From contig NC_086108.1 in assembly GCF_963921235.1 (NCBI RefSeq), positions 16,678,001-16,742,000 of the forward strand: 64,000 nt of DNA, given 5' to 3'. Position 1 is the stretch's first letter, and each line of letters begins with the position of its first letter. Positions 35,414-48,084 of the stretch are shown piece after piece. Both the position numbers and the translations under genes were made by a program. Source of the DNA: Mobula hypostoma (Eukaryota). Below the pieces are notes generated by a model, which had not been told where the DNA came from, did no database searches, and was given only the letters and a program-made list of their open reading frames with translations.

Positions 35414-38400
35414 AGCAGACCTTAAACGCATCCAATTATCGGAGAGCCCAATTTGTTTCAAACTATTGTAAAAGTTGATGCCTTAATGGTTAATTAAAAT
35501 ATAGCTGATCATAAGAAGAAAAACTCAGAGGTAATGGAGCGAGTCAAGAACGCGACTTCACTCCATGAGCGCTACCGGAAGTCCCCCCACTCTGTTCTAC
35601 TGCATTTTTCAATGTCCTACCATTTACCATGTATGTCCTATTTTGATTGGTCCTACCAAAATGTAGCACCTCACATTTATCAGCATTAAACTCAATCTGC
35701 CATCTTTCAGCCCACTCTTCTAATTGGCCTAAATCTCTCTGCAAGCTTTGAAAACCTGCTTCATTATCCACAATACGACCTATCTTAGTATAATCTGCAT
35801 ATTTACGAATCCAGTTTACCACCCCATCATCCAGATCATTAATATATATGACAAACAACATTGGACCTAGTACAGATCCTTGAGGTACACCACTAGTCAC
35901 TGGCCTCCAACCTGACAGTTATCCACCACTACTCTCTGGCATCTCCCATCCAGCCACTGTTGAATCCATTTTACTACTTCAATATTAATATCTAACGATT
36001 GAACCTTCCATGTGAAACCTTGTCAAAGGCCTTAATGAAGTCCATATAGACAACATTCACTTTACCCTCGTCAACTTTCCTAGTATCCTCTTCAAAAAAT
36101 TCAATAAGGTTTGTCAAACATGACCTTCCATGCACAAATCCATGTTGACTGTTCGTAATCAGACCCTGTCTATCCAGATAATTATATATACCATCTCAAA
36201 GAATACTTTCCATTAATTTACCCACCACTGACTTCAAACTTATAGGCCGATAATTGCTAGGTTTACTCTTAGAACCCTTTTTAAACAATGGTACAACATG
36301 AGCAATATGCCAATCCTTCGGCACCATCCCCGTTTCTAACGTCATTTGAAATATTTCTGTCAGAGCCCCTGCTATTTTTGCACTAACATCCCTCGAGGTC
36401 CTAGGGATTATCCTGTCAGGACCCGGCAACTTATCCACTTTTATATTCCTTAAAAGCGCCAGTACTTCCTCTTCTTTAATCAACATAGTTTCCATAACTT
36501 CCCTACTTGCTTCCTGTACCTTACACAATTCAATATCCTTCTCCTCAGTGAATACCAAAGAAAAGAAATTGTTCAAAATCTCCCCCATCTCTTTTGGCTC
36601 CACACATAGCTGTCCACCCTGATTCTCTAAGGGACCAATTTTATCCCTCACTATCCTTTTGCCATTAATATAACTGTAGAAACGCTTTGAATTTATTTTC
36701 ACCTTACTTGCCAAAGCAACCTTGTATCTTCTTTTAGCTTTTCTAATTTCTTTCTTAAGATTCTTTTTACATTCTTCATATTCTTCGAGCATCTCATTTA
36801 CTCCATGCTGCCTATATTTATTGAAGACATATCTCTTCTTCCGAACCAAGTTTCCAATATCCCTTGATATCCCTTGGCTCTCTCAAACTTTTAACCTTTC
36901 CTTTCAACCTAACAGGAACATAAAGATCCTGCACCCTCAAAATTTCACCTTTAAATGACCTCCATTTCTCTATTACATCCTTCCCATGAAACAAATTGTC
37001 CCAATCCACTCCTTCTAAATCTTTTCACATCTCCTCAAATCAAAAATCTCAACCCTGGGTCCAGACCTATCTTTCTCCATAATTATATTGAAACTAATGG
37101 CATTGTGATCACTGGACCCGAAGTGCTCCCCAACACATACCTCTGTCACCTGACCTATCTCATTCCCTAACAGGAGATCCAACACTGCCACTTCTCTAGT
37201 TGGTACCTCTATGTATTGCTGCAAAAAACTATCCTGCACACATTTTACAAACTCCAAACCATCCAGCCCTTTTACAGTATGGGCTTCCCAGTCTATGTGT
37301 GGAAAAATAAAATCTCCTACGATCACAACCTTGTGCTTACTACAAATATCTGCTATCTCCTTACAAACTTGCTCCTCCAATTCTTGTTCCCCATTAGGTG
37401 GTCTATAATACACCCCTATAAATGTTACTACACCTTTCCCATTCCTCAATTCCACCCAAATAGCCTCCCTATATAAGCCCTCTGATCTATCCTGCCAGAG
37501 CACCGCTGTAATATTTTCTCTGACAAGCAATGCAACACCTCCCCCTCTTGTCCCTCCGATTCTATCACACCTGAAGCAACAAAATCCAGGAATATTTAGT
37601 TGCCAATCACACCCCTCCTGCAACCATGTTTCACTAATAGCTACAACATCATACTTCCAGGTATCAATCCATGCTCTAAGCGCATCCACCTTTCTTACAA
37701 TGCTCCTAGCATTAAAATAAATACATTTAAGAAATTCTCCACCTCTTACTCTCTGTTTATCACGAACGGTGCAAACAATTTTACTCTCTTCTTTTTCTTC
37801 CTTCTCCCCTACATCTGGTCCTACACTCTTGTTCCCCTCCCCCCTTGTATCTAGTTTAAATCCACTCGAGCTGCTCGAGCAAACCTACCTGCAAGAATAT
37901 TTGTCCTCCTCCAGTTCAGATGTAAACCGTCCTGCCGGAACAGTTCCCACCTTCCTTGGAAAACTGCCTAATTATCTATAAATCTGAAGCCCTCTCTCCT
38001 GCACCATGTCTTCAGCCACGTGTTGATCTGCTCTATCTCACTATTTCTAAACCCGCCTGCACGTGGCACTGGTAGCAATCCTGAGATTGCTATCCTGGAG
38101 GTTCCGTCCTTTAACTTGACGCCTAACTCCCTAAACTCACCTTTCAGGACCTCCTCACTCTTCCTACCCATGTTATTGGTCCCTACATGGACCACGACAT
38201 CCAGCTGCTCACCCTCCCTCTTGAGAATACTGAGAACTCGATCCGAGATATCGCGGACCCTGGCACCAGGGAGGCAACAGACCATCTGGGGTTCTCAATC
38301 TCTTCCACAGAACCTCTTATCTGTCCCCCTAACTATCGAATCCCCTATCACTACTGCTCTCCTCTTTTCCCTCCTTCCCTTCTGAGCTGAGGGTCCAGTC

Positions 38401-38601
38401 TCGGTGCCAGAGATGCAACCACTACAACTTGTCCCTGGTAGGTTGTCCCCACCCAACAGTATCCAAAACGGTATACTTATTATTGATGGGAACGGCCACA
38501 GGGGTGCTCTGCTCATTGTGTCTATTCCCCTTCCCTCTCCTGACAGTCACCCAGCTACCTGCCTCCTGACTTTTAGGGGTGACTATCTCCCTGTAACTCC
38601 T

Positions 38602-38781
38602 ACATGAGGAAATCTGCAGATGCTGGAAATTCAAGCAACACACATCAAAGTTGTTGGTGAATGCAGCAGGCCAGGCAGCATCTCTAGGAAGAGGTACAGT
38701 CGACGTTTCAGGCCGAGACCCTTCGTCAGGACTTGAGATGCTGCCTGGCCTGCTGCGTTCACCAGCAACTTTGATGTGTGT
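38602..38781 (-). mobile_element. Short Penelope-like insertion with partial inverted arm
   Basis: Same unit as 14457-14589 on the minus strand plus inverted arm ~38735-38781; TSD tccctgtaactcct (38588-38601) / tccctgtgactctt (38782-38795). Confidence 0.85.
38698..38733 (-). ncRNA. Minimal type-I hammerhead ribozyme, intact core
   Basis: Minus strand AGUC-CUGACGA-AGG-gucucgg-CCU-GAAA-CG-UC-GACU: stem I AGUC/GACU, CUGANGA box, 3-bp stem II, GAAA box, palindromic ACGU stem III and GUC cleavage triplet, matching the minimal hammerhead described in PLE terminal repeats. Confidence 0.8.
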
Positions 38782-41700
38782 TCCCTGTGACTCTTGTTTA
38801 TTTCTACTTCTGCCTCACGAATGATCCGAAGTTCATCCAGTTCCAGTCCAGTTCCCTAACACGGTTTGTCAGGAGCTGCAGCTGGATGCACCTTTCACAG
38901 GTGTAGTCATCAGGGACAATTGTGCTCGCCCTGACTTCCCACATTCTGCAAACAGAGCACTCAACTGAAATAGGGAAACAGATCCTGGAAAGGTGTAATA
39001 ATAATAGAGTTGTCATGATGGGAGATTTTAATTTCCCAAGTATCGAATGGTATCTCCCTACAGCAAGGGGTTTAGTTGGGATGGAGTTTGTTAGGTGTGT
39101 TCAGGAAGGTACCTTGACACAATAGGCCTACAAGAGGAGAGGTGATTTGGTATTGGGAAATTAACCTGGTCAGGTGTCAGATCTCTTAGTGGGAGAACAT
39201 TTTGGAGATAGTGATCATAATTCTATCTCCTTTACAATAGCATTGAAGAGAGATAGGAACAGACAAGTTAGAAAAATGTTTAATTGGAGTAAGGGGAATT
39301 ATGAGGTTATCAGGGAGGAAATTGGAAGCTTAAATTGGAAACAGATGTTCTCAGGGAAAAATACAGAGGAAATGTGGCAAATGTTCAGGGGATATTTGTG
39401 TGGAGTTCTGCATAGGTACGTTCCAATGAGACAGAGAAGTTTTGGTATGGTACGGTACAGGAACTGTGGTGTACAAAGGCTGTAATAAATCTAGTTAAGA
39501 AGAAAAGCTTACAAAAGGTTCAGAGAGCTAGGTAATGTTAGAGATCTAGAAGATTATAAGGCTAATAGGAAGGAGTTTGAGAAGGAAATTAGGAGAGCCA
39601 GAAGGGGCCATGAGAAGGCCTTGGCGGGCAGGATTAAGGAAAACTCCAAGGCATTCCATAAGTATGTGAAGAGCAAGAGGATAAGACGGGAAAGAATAGA
39701 ATCTATCAAGTGTGACAGTGGGAAAGTATGTATGGAACCGGAGGAAATAGAAGAGGTACTTAATGAATACTTTACTTCAGTATTCACTATGGAAAAGGAT
39801 CTTGGTGATTGTTGTGATGACTTGCAGCAGACTGAAAAGCTTGAGCATGTAGATATTAAGAAAGAGGATGTGCTGGAGCTTTTGGAAAGCATCAAGTTGG
39901 ATAAGTCTCCGGACCGGAGGAGATGTACCCCAGGCTACTGTGGGAGGCGAGGGAGGAGATTGCTGAGCCTCTGACGATGATCTCTGCATCATCAATGGGG
40001 ACGGGAGAGGTTCCGGAGGATTGGAGGGTTGTGGATGTTGTTCCTTTATTCAAGAAAGGGAGTAGAGATAGCCCAGGAAAGTATAGACCAGTGAGTCTTA
40101 CCTCAGTGGTTGGTAAGTTGATGGAGAAGATCCTGAAAGGCAGGATTTATGAACATTTGGAGAAGTATTGTATGATTAGGAATAGTCAGCATAGCATTGT
40201 CAAGGGCAGGTCATGCCTCATGAGCCTGATTGAATTTTTTGAGGTTGCGACTGAAAACATTGACGAAGGAAGAGCAGTCGACGTAGTGTTATGGATTTCA
40301 GCAAGGCATTTGGTAAGGTACCCCATGCAAGGCTTATTGAGAAAGTAAGGAAGCATGGGATCCAAGGGGACATTATTTTGTGGATCCAGAACTGGCTAGC
40401 CCACAGAAGGCAAAGAGTGGTTGTAGGTGGGTCATATTCTGCATGGAGGTCGGTCACCAATGGAGTGCCTCAGGGATCTGTTCTGGGACCCTAACTCTTC
40501 GTGATTTTCATAAATGACCTGGTGAGGAAGTGGAGGGATGGGTTAGTAAGTGTGCGGATGACACAAAGTTTGGAGGTGTTGTGGATAGTGTGGAGGGCTG
40601 TCAGAGGTTACAGCGGAACATTGATAGGATGCAAAACTGGGCTGAGAAGTGGCAGATGGAGTTCAACCCAGATAAGTCTGGAGTGGTTCATTTTCGTAGG
40701 TCAAATATGATGGCAGAATATACTATTAATGGTAAGACTCTTGGCAGTGTGGAGAATCAGAGGGATCTTGGGGTCCGAGTCCATAGGATGCTCAAAGCAG
40801 CTGCGCAGGTTGACTCTGTGATTAAGAAGGCGTACAGTGTATTGGCCTTCATCAATCGTGGAATTGAATTTAGGAGCCGAGAGGTAGTGTTGCAGCTACA
40901 TAGGACCCTGGTCAGACCCCACTTGGAGCACTGTGCTCATTTCTGGTTGCCTCACTGCAGAAAGGATGTGGAAGCCACAGAAAGGGTACAGAGGAGATTT
41001 ACAAGGATGTTGCCTGGATTGGGGAGCATGCCTTATGACAATAGGTTGAATGAACTCGGCCTTTTCTCCTTGGAGCGACGGAGGATGAGAGGTGACCTGA
41101 TGGAGGTGCATAAGATAATGGGAGGCATTGATTGTGTGGATAGTTAGAGGCTTTTTCCCAGGGCTGAAATGGTTGCCACAAGAGGACGCAGGTTTAAGAT
41201 GCTGGGGTGCAGGTACAGAGGAGATGTCAGGGGTAAGTTTTTTTACTCAGAGAGTGGTGAGTGCGTGGAATGGTCTGCCGGCAACGGTGGTGGAGGCGGA
41301 TACGATAGGTTCTTTTAAGAGACTTTTGGATAGGTTTATGGAACTTAGAAAAATAGAGGGCTACAGGTTAGCCTAGTAATTTCTAAGGTAGGGACATGGT
41401 CGGTACACCTTTGTGGGCCGAAGGGCCTTTACTGTGCTGTAGGTTTTCTATGTTTCTATGTAACCCTTTTTCCTTTAAAGTATTGATCAGATTTGGTCAT
41501 TACTGGCAAAGCCAGCATTTATAATCCATTCCTAAATGCCAAATCTCTCATCCCATGAACATTGTGATTTGCTTGGTAGAGGAAACCACAATGGAGTCAG
41601 TCTTGGCTATGCAAGGTAAGGATAGCAGTTTTCATCTTCAGATGATACAAATCAGCCTGATAGGGTTTTCCAAAAAATTTATAGTTTTATTCAATGTTCA

Positions 41701-42124
41701 AAGTAAATTTATTATCAAAGCATGTGCATGTGTTTATGTCACCATACACTACTTTGAGATTCAGTTTCTTGCAGGCATTTACAGATGCACTTAAACAAGT
41801 TGAATTTAAATTTAAATTTCCTTGGTAGCCTAAAGTAATTTAAACTTATATCTCTCGCTCAATATTCCAAATCTCTGGGTACGACTACAATGAACAATCT
41901 TTGATCTTGAAAGTTAATTCTGCTTTTTTTCTTTCCATGGATGGTGCCTGACCTAAGTATTTACAAAACGTTATTTTTTATTTCAGATCTCTAGTACCTG
42001 TAACCATCTGATATCCACCTTGAATACTGTACCTGGAGAATACATGCTGGTCAGAACAGGGAGCAGAAAACATTTTTCACATTATGTACAAAACATTCAC
42101 AGAAAGAAAGTACTCAAGATACAC

Positions 42125-42680
42125 ATTCAAAGTTCAAAGTAAACTTATTATCAACATATATACACACACATATATATATATGTCACTATATACTGCCTTG
42201 AAATGTATTTTCTTGCAGGCATAACAGAGAAATACAATAAGATCAATAAAAACTACACACAAAGATTGACAAAACAGCCCATGTACAAGAGAAGACAAAC
42301 TAAATAAAAACAAACAAATATTAGTATTGAAAACATGTGTTATAGAGTTCTTGAAAGTGATTCCATAGGCTGTGGAATCTGTTCAGAGCTCAGGTGAGTG
42401 AAGTTATCCATTCTGGTCCAGGAGTCTGATGGTTAAAGAGTAATTGTTCCTCAATATAATAGCAGGACGCAAGGCTCTTCTAACTCCTTCTCAATAGCAG
42501 CAGTAAGAAGAGAAAATATGGCCTGGATGGTGGGAGTCCTTGATGAAGGATACTGCTTTCTTATGGCAGAGCCTCTTGTAGATGTGCCAAATAGTGGGGA
42601 GGGCTTTGCCTGTGATGAACTGGATTGCGTCCACCACTGTTTGTAGGCTTTTCTGTTTATTGCACATTGCATCAATCAAC
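42125..42680 (-). mobile_element. Rex1-like LINE 3' remnant
   Basis: Minus SLQTVVDAIQFITGKALPTI...FIKDSHHPGHIFS; tail ttcaaagttcaaagtaaacttattatc on the plus strand. Confidence 0.7.
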
Positions 42681-42762
42681 GTATCTCAAAGAACTAGCTT
42701 GCACAATGAGAGTCAATACGACAGTTGAAAGGTAGCCTACTTGTGGTTTAACCATAACTAAC

Positions 42763-42846
42763 CTGAGCAGCTCCCAGGGGCGGCACTCGTAATCTCTTCA
42801 TGGCTTTCTGCCTGTCACCTCCTTCCAACTCTGCAGTAACAAGGGC
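42763..42846 (-). CDS. XPR1: XPR1 internal exon, 84 bp, phase 0/0 (not in ORF track)
   Basis: ttattcctttgtAG|GCCCTT...GCTCAG|GTtagt; translates [28 protein letters not shown], the XPR1 SPX-to-membrane linker. Confidence 0.96.
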
Positions 42847-42877
42847 CTACAAAGGAATAACACAGATTATAAATAGT

Positions 42878-43043
42878 AATGGGCTGCCGGCAATGGTGGT
42901 GGAGGCGGGATACAATAGGGCCTTTTAAGAACCTTTTGGATAGGTACATGGAGCTTAGAAAAATAGAGGTCTATAGGTAAGCCTAGTAATTTCTAAGGTA
43001 GGGACATGTTCGGCACACCTTTGTGGGCCAAAGGGCCTGTATT
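42878..43043 (+). mobile_element. 166-bp CR1 3' fragment
   Basis: Matches 41269-41453; ends ttttctatgt; short TSD tagt. Confidence 0.9.
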
Positions 43044-44436
43044 GTGCTGTAGGTTTTCTATGTTAGTCTTACTGATACCCATCGAATAAAATTGGAAAGA
43101 AATGGTTTTCTGAGCCACTCTATCTGAAGTTATTTATTTCATACCTACTGAAAATCTAACTTCGTTAATTTATTTTAACTGACAGATTTATTGTCTGGCA
43201 TTAGTTGTTTTACAAATCATCTGCTGCTGATTCATGAAACCAAGAGTCAGCTGCATCAAACAGAACTTGAAGTTAACGCTTTAAAAAAAAAACTTAAGAA
43301 ACAATGCAAAGACCAGCAACCACTATTCATCCTAATTTCTCCAAGGAAGGTGGTAATGAACCACTGAAGACACTTGCTGTGTGCTATTTGCAAGGAAATA
43401 TCAGGACTTTTGATCCATCAGCAACAAATGCACAGTGAGAGTTTCAAATTAGGATGATGTGTGACCTGTAAGGGAACATGAAGTGGTACTATTCTCATAA
43501 AGTTACCATTCTTGTTCTTCTTTGAGGTAGTGTTTGGGGTTTGTTAAGTACCATCTGAGTAGCTAATGGAAGCAGCTGCAATGCATTTTGTAAATGGTGA
43601 TGGATGGAGTACATATTCAGGTTTATGCAGTGGGTGCTAACCAAGCACACTGCTTTGTTCTCAATGTTATCAACTCTCCTGCAGGTTGTTGAGGGCTCCA
43701 GACAGGTAGGTATTATTCAATTATGCTTTGTCTTGTGACTTACTGAGTTGGAAAGACTCTGGGATGTCAAGGTGAGTTACTTGCTCAAGGTACCAACTCT
43801 GATGAACTGTTGTTGCTATGGTATTTATATATGTAGTTGGTCCAGTTCAGTTACTGGTCAGTGGTGACCCCCAGACTTAGTAACAGAAAGGCCACTGTAT
43901 ATTGATAATTATGGTTAGACTCTCTCCTTCTGGAGTTGGGCATAGCTTGGCTTTTAAATGTTAAACAGATCTCATCAACTCACTCCTAAATAATATCCAA
44001 GTCTTGCTGCATTGAAGAATGATCTGCTTCATTTTGAGAGATATTGCACATAGAATTAAATATAATGGAAACATCAACAAACCATTTTGCTTTCTGACCA
44101 CACGATGTAAGAATGGTCATTTCTGATTTACTGAAGCTTGTTGAGTCTTGGACACTGCTTGGAGGAAGAGCTGCGGCAAATTCAGAAAAGGAAATGCCAG
44201 AGATATTCAGCAGATAAGGTGGCATTTTGGAGAAAGAGTCAGAGTTACATATTCCAGGTTAAAAACATTTCATCACAAGTGATCAACCACCTGAAATCCT
44301 GATTTTCTCTTTCCATTGATGTCTGTCCTGCTGAATATCTCCAGCATTTTCTGTCTTTAATTCTCAATTTGTTTTTTGATTCTTTCAGTTATGTCTAAAA
44401 ACCAAGGCAACTAGCCTCAAACAATCACAACCACCT

Positions 44437-44619
44437 AAACAAGAGAAAATCTGCAGATGCTGTAAATCTGAGCAACACACACAAAATGCTGGAGGAACTC
44501 AGCAGGCCAGGCAGCATCTATGGACAAGAATACAGTCCATACGGCTTGAAATGTCGACTGTACTCTTTTTCATAGATGCTGCCTGGCTTGCTGAGTTCCT
44601 TCAGCATTTTGTGTGTTGC
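44437..44619 (-). mobile_element. Older PLE pseudo-LTR foldback
   Basis: Arms gcaacacacacaaaatgctggaggaactcagcaggccaggcagcatctatg / catagatgctgcctggcttgctgagttccttcagcattttgtgtgttgc, with a GAAAtgTCgact hammerhead remnant at the centre. Confidence 0.78.
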
Positions 44620-44724
44620 GCAGCAACATGAATTTGGTATGACTGTAATCTGTGGAGTGCTTTCCCCTTGATAATCACTGACTTCAGGTTTACAAGAGTT
44701 TCCAGAACCCATACTTAGTTGTAA

Positions 44725-45078
44725 TTGTCTCCTGCGCTATCACCAATCTCACTGACTCTGGATCTCCCACCCACTGCCACCAACCTCATAGTTCCCCAAA
44801 GCCGCACTGCTTATTTCCACCTACTACCAAAGATCCACAAACCTGACTGTCGGGGTGGGCTCACTGTTTCAGCCTGCTCCTGTCCTACTGAACTCATGTT
44901 CACATACATCAATTTCATTTTATCCCCCCTTGGTTCAGTCCCTTCCCACCTACATCTGTGTTAATAAATGGGCTCTTGATCACTTCAACCTCTTTCAGTT
45001 CCCTGGCCCCAATTGCCTCACATTCACTATGGATGTTCAGTCTCTATACACTTCTATACCCCATCAGGAAGGCCTTAA
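44725..45078 (+). mobile_element. Penelope-like reverse transcriptase fragment
   Basis: FHLLPKIHKPDC...VSACSCPTE...LVQSLPTYI...FTMDVQSLYTSIPHQEGLK, characteristic PLE RT motifs. Confidence 0.88.
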
Positions 45079-47660
45079 AACAGTTGTACAAAGGCTGTTG
45101 TAAATCTAGTCAAGAAGAAAAGAGTTTACAAAAGGTTCAAAAAACTAGGTAGTGATAGAGATCTAGAAGATTATAAGGCTAACAGGATGGGGCCATGAGA
45201 AGGCCTTAGCAGACAGGATTAAGGAAAAACCCCAGGGCATTCTACAAGTATGTGAAGAGCAAGAGGAGAGAATAGGACCAATCAAGTGTGAAAGTGGAAA
45301 AGTGTGTAAAGAACCGGAGGAGAAAGCAGACGTACTTAATGAACACTTTGCTTCAGTATTCACTATGGAAAAGGATCTTGGTGATTGCAGGGATGGCTTA
45401 CAGCAGACTGAAAGGCCTGAGCATGTAGATATTACGGAAGATGTGATGGAGCATTTGGAAAGCATCAAGTTGGATAAGTCACCAGAACCAGATATGTACC
45501 CCAGGCTACTGTGGGAAGAGAGGGAGGAGATTGCTGAGCCTCTGGTGATGATCCTTGCATCATCAATGGGGACAGGAGAGGTTCCAGAGGATTGGAGGAT
45601 TGCGGATGTTGTTCCCTCACTCAAAAAAGGGACTAGAAATAGCCCAGGAAATTATAGACCAGTGAGTCTTATTCAGTGGTTGGTAAGCTGATGGAAGAGA
45701 TCCTGAAAGGCAGGATTTATGAACATTTGGAGAGGCATAATATGATTAGGAATAGTCAGCATGGCTTTGTCAAAGGCAGGTCATGCCTTACGAGCCTGAT
45801 TGAATTTTTTGAGGATGTGACTAAACACATTGATGAAGGAAGAGCAGTTGATGTAGTGTTATGGATTTCAGCAAGGCATTTGATAAGGTACCCCATGCAA
45901 GGCTTATTGAGAAAGTAAGGAGGCATGGGATCCAAGGGGCCATTGTTTTGTGGATCCAGAACTGGCTTGCCCACAGAAGGCAAACTGTGGTTGTAGACGG
46001 GTCATATTCTGCATGGAGGTCGGTGATCAGTGGAGTGCCTCAGGGATCTGTTCTGAGACCCTTACTCTTTGTGATATTTATAAATGATCTGAATGAGGAA
46101 GTGGAGGGATGAGTTAGTAAATTTGCTGATGACACAAATGTTGGGGGTGTTGTGGATAGTGTGGAGGGCTTTCAGAGGTTATAGTGGGACATTGATAGGA
46201 TGCAAAACTGGGCTGAGAAGTGGCAGATAGAGTTCAACCCAGATAAGTGTGAGGTGGTTCATTTTAGTAGGTCAAATATGATGGCAGAATATAGTATTAA
46301 TGGTAAGACTCTTGGCAGTGTGGAAGATCAGAGGGATCTTGGGGTCCGAGTCCATAGGACACTCAAACCTACTGCACAGGTTGACTCAGTGGTTAAGAAG
46401 GCATACGCTGCATTGGCCTTCATCAAACGTGGGATTGCGTTTAAGAGCTGAGAAGTAATGTTGCAGCTACTGTATATAGGATCCTGGTCAGACCCCACTT
46501 GGAGTACTGTGCTCAGTTCTGGTCGCCTCACTACAGGAAGGATGTGGAAACCATAGGAAGGGTGCAGAGGAGATTTACAAGGATTGTAAATCCCTGGATT
46601 GGGGAGCATGCTTTATGAGAATAAGTTGAGGGAACTCGGTTTTTTCTCCTTGGAGTGACAGAGGATGAGAGGTGACCTGATAGAGGTATATAAAATGATG
46701 AGAGGCATTGATCTGGGATATAGTCAAAGGCTTTTTCCCAGGGCTGAGATGGCTAGCACGAGGGGGCACAGGTTTAAGGTGCTTGGAAGTAGGTACAGAG
46801 GAGATGTCAGGGGTAGGTTTTTTAGACAGAGAGTGGTGAGTGTGTGGAATGGGCTGCCGGCGACGGTGGTGGAGGCGGAAACAATTGGGTCTTTTAAGAG
46901 ACTCCTGGATAGGTACAGTGGCATGCAAAAGTTTGGGCACCCTGGTTAAAATTTCTGTTACTGTGAATAACTAAGCGAGTAAAAGATGACCTGATTTCCA
47001 ATAGGCATAAAGTTAAAGATGACACATTTCTTTAATATTTTAAGCAAGCTTACTTCTTTATTTCCATCTTTTACAGTTACAAAATAACAAAAAAGGAAAA
47101 GGGCCTGAAGCAAAAGCTCGGGCACCCTGCATGGCCAGTACTTAGTAAAACCCCCTTTGGCAAGTATCACAACTTGTAAACGCTTTCTGTAGCCAGCTAA
47201 GCGTCTTTCAATTCTTGTTTGGGGGATTTTCACCCATTCTTCCTTGCAAAAGTCTTCTAGTTTTGTGAGATTCTTGGGCCGTCTTTCATGCACTGCTCTT
47301 TTGAGGTCTATCCACAGATTTTCGATGATGTTTAGGTCAGGGGACTGTGAGGGTCATGGCAAAACCTTTAGTTTGCGCCCCTTGAGGTAGTCCATTGTGG
47401 ATTTTGAGGTGTGTTTAGGATCATTATCCTGTTGTAGAAGCCATCCTCTTTTCAGCTTCAGCTTTTTTACAGACGGTGTTATATTTGCTTCCAGAATTTG
47501 CTGGTATTTAATTGAATTCATTCTTCCCTCTACCAGTGAAATGTTCCCCATGCCACTGACTGCAACACAAGCCCAAAGAATGATCGATCCACCCCCTGTG
47601 CTTAACAGTTGGAGAAGTGTTCTTTTCATGAAATTCTGCACCCTTTTTTCTCCAAGCATA

Positions 47661-48061
47661 CGAGGGATGATTGATAAGTTCGTAACGTGAGCTGTATAAC
47701 TCATCTCCTTCTACCCTAGGCCACGAACTTATCAATCACCCCTGTTGTGGACCACTTGGAGGTCCAAGACATTCTCATTAAATGCACGTGCAGTTCAACT
47801 CTTTGAGTGATAATGCAGAAAGTTTGAACTTAATAACTCATCTCCTTCTACCTTAGGCCACAAACTGATCAATCACCCCTGCTATGGACCACTTTTAGGA
47901 GGTCCAAGATGCTGACTTCTACAAAGAAGGGATCCATATGCTCCACGACCACTGGACTAAGTATGTACGTGTCGGGGGGACTATGTTGAAAAATAAACGT
48001 GCTAGGTTTTCTAAAATTGACTCCTTCTACCTTAGGCCACAAACTTATCAATCACCCCTCG
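47661..48061. mobile_element. Mariner-type MITE, second copy, inserted at a TA in the Tc1 transposase
   Basis: Same TIRs and modules as 9057-9511 in the opposite orientation; TA on both sides. Confidence 0.88.
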
Positions 48062-48084
48062 TACCTTTGCTCATTGCGGCCAAA

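Larger units (their letters stand above)
29734..35587 (-). mobile_element. Full-length L1/Tx1-type LINE, 5854 bp
   Basis: Exact 11-bp TSD cactctgttct (29723-29733, 35588-35598); 5' end GGGGGACTTCCGG; two ORFs with a ~710-bp spacer; AATAAA plus A-rich tail. Confidence 0.95.
29028..38967 (-). mobile_element. Near full-length CR1 of a second family, inserted into the outer CR1
   Basis: ORF1 ECSVCRMW...CERC and VIGDSIVRG/HVGTNN; APE AISETW, YYRPP, SDHN; RT pieces; 3' tail ...ctgtaatcgttatatggttat at ~29030. Interrupted by the L1 and a PLE. Confidence 0.92.
27320..41460 (+). mobile_element. Near full-length CR1 (outer element; parts 27320-29027 and 38968-41460)
   Basis: 5'UTR; ORF1 CARCQMW...CTRC zinc motif plus SGNH esterase (IGHS, HIGTND); ORF2 APE (HFNARS, AITETW, FYRPP) continuing after the insert into RT; tail ttttctatgtttctatg. 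Many disablements. Confidence 0.92.

Noticed and set aside
17830..44370. Further hammerhead candidates in old PLE repeat remnants (~17830-17940, ~26690-26765, ~41895-42000, ~44190-44370)
   Set aside because: The CUGANGA and GAAA boxes or the stems are too decayed to call ribozymes.
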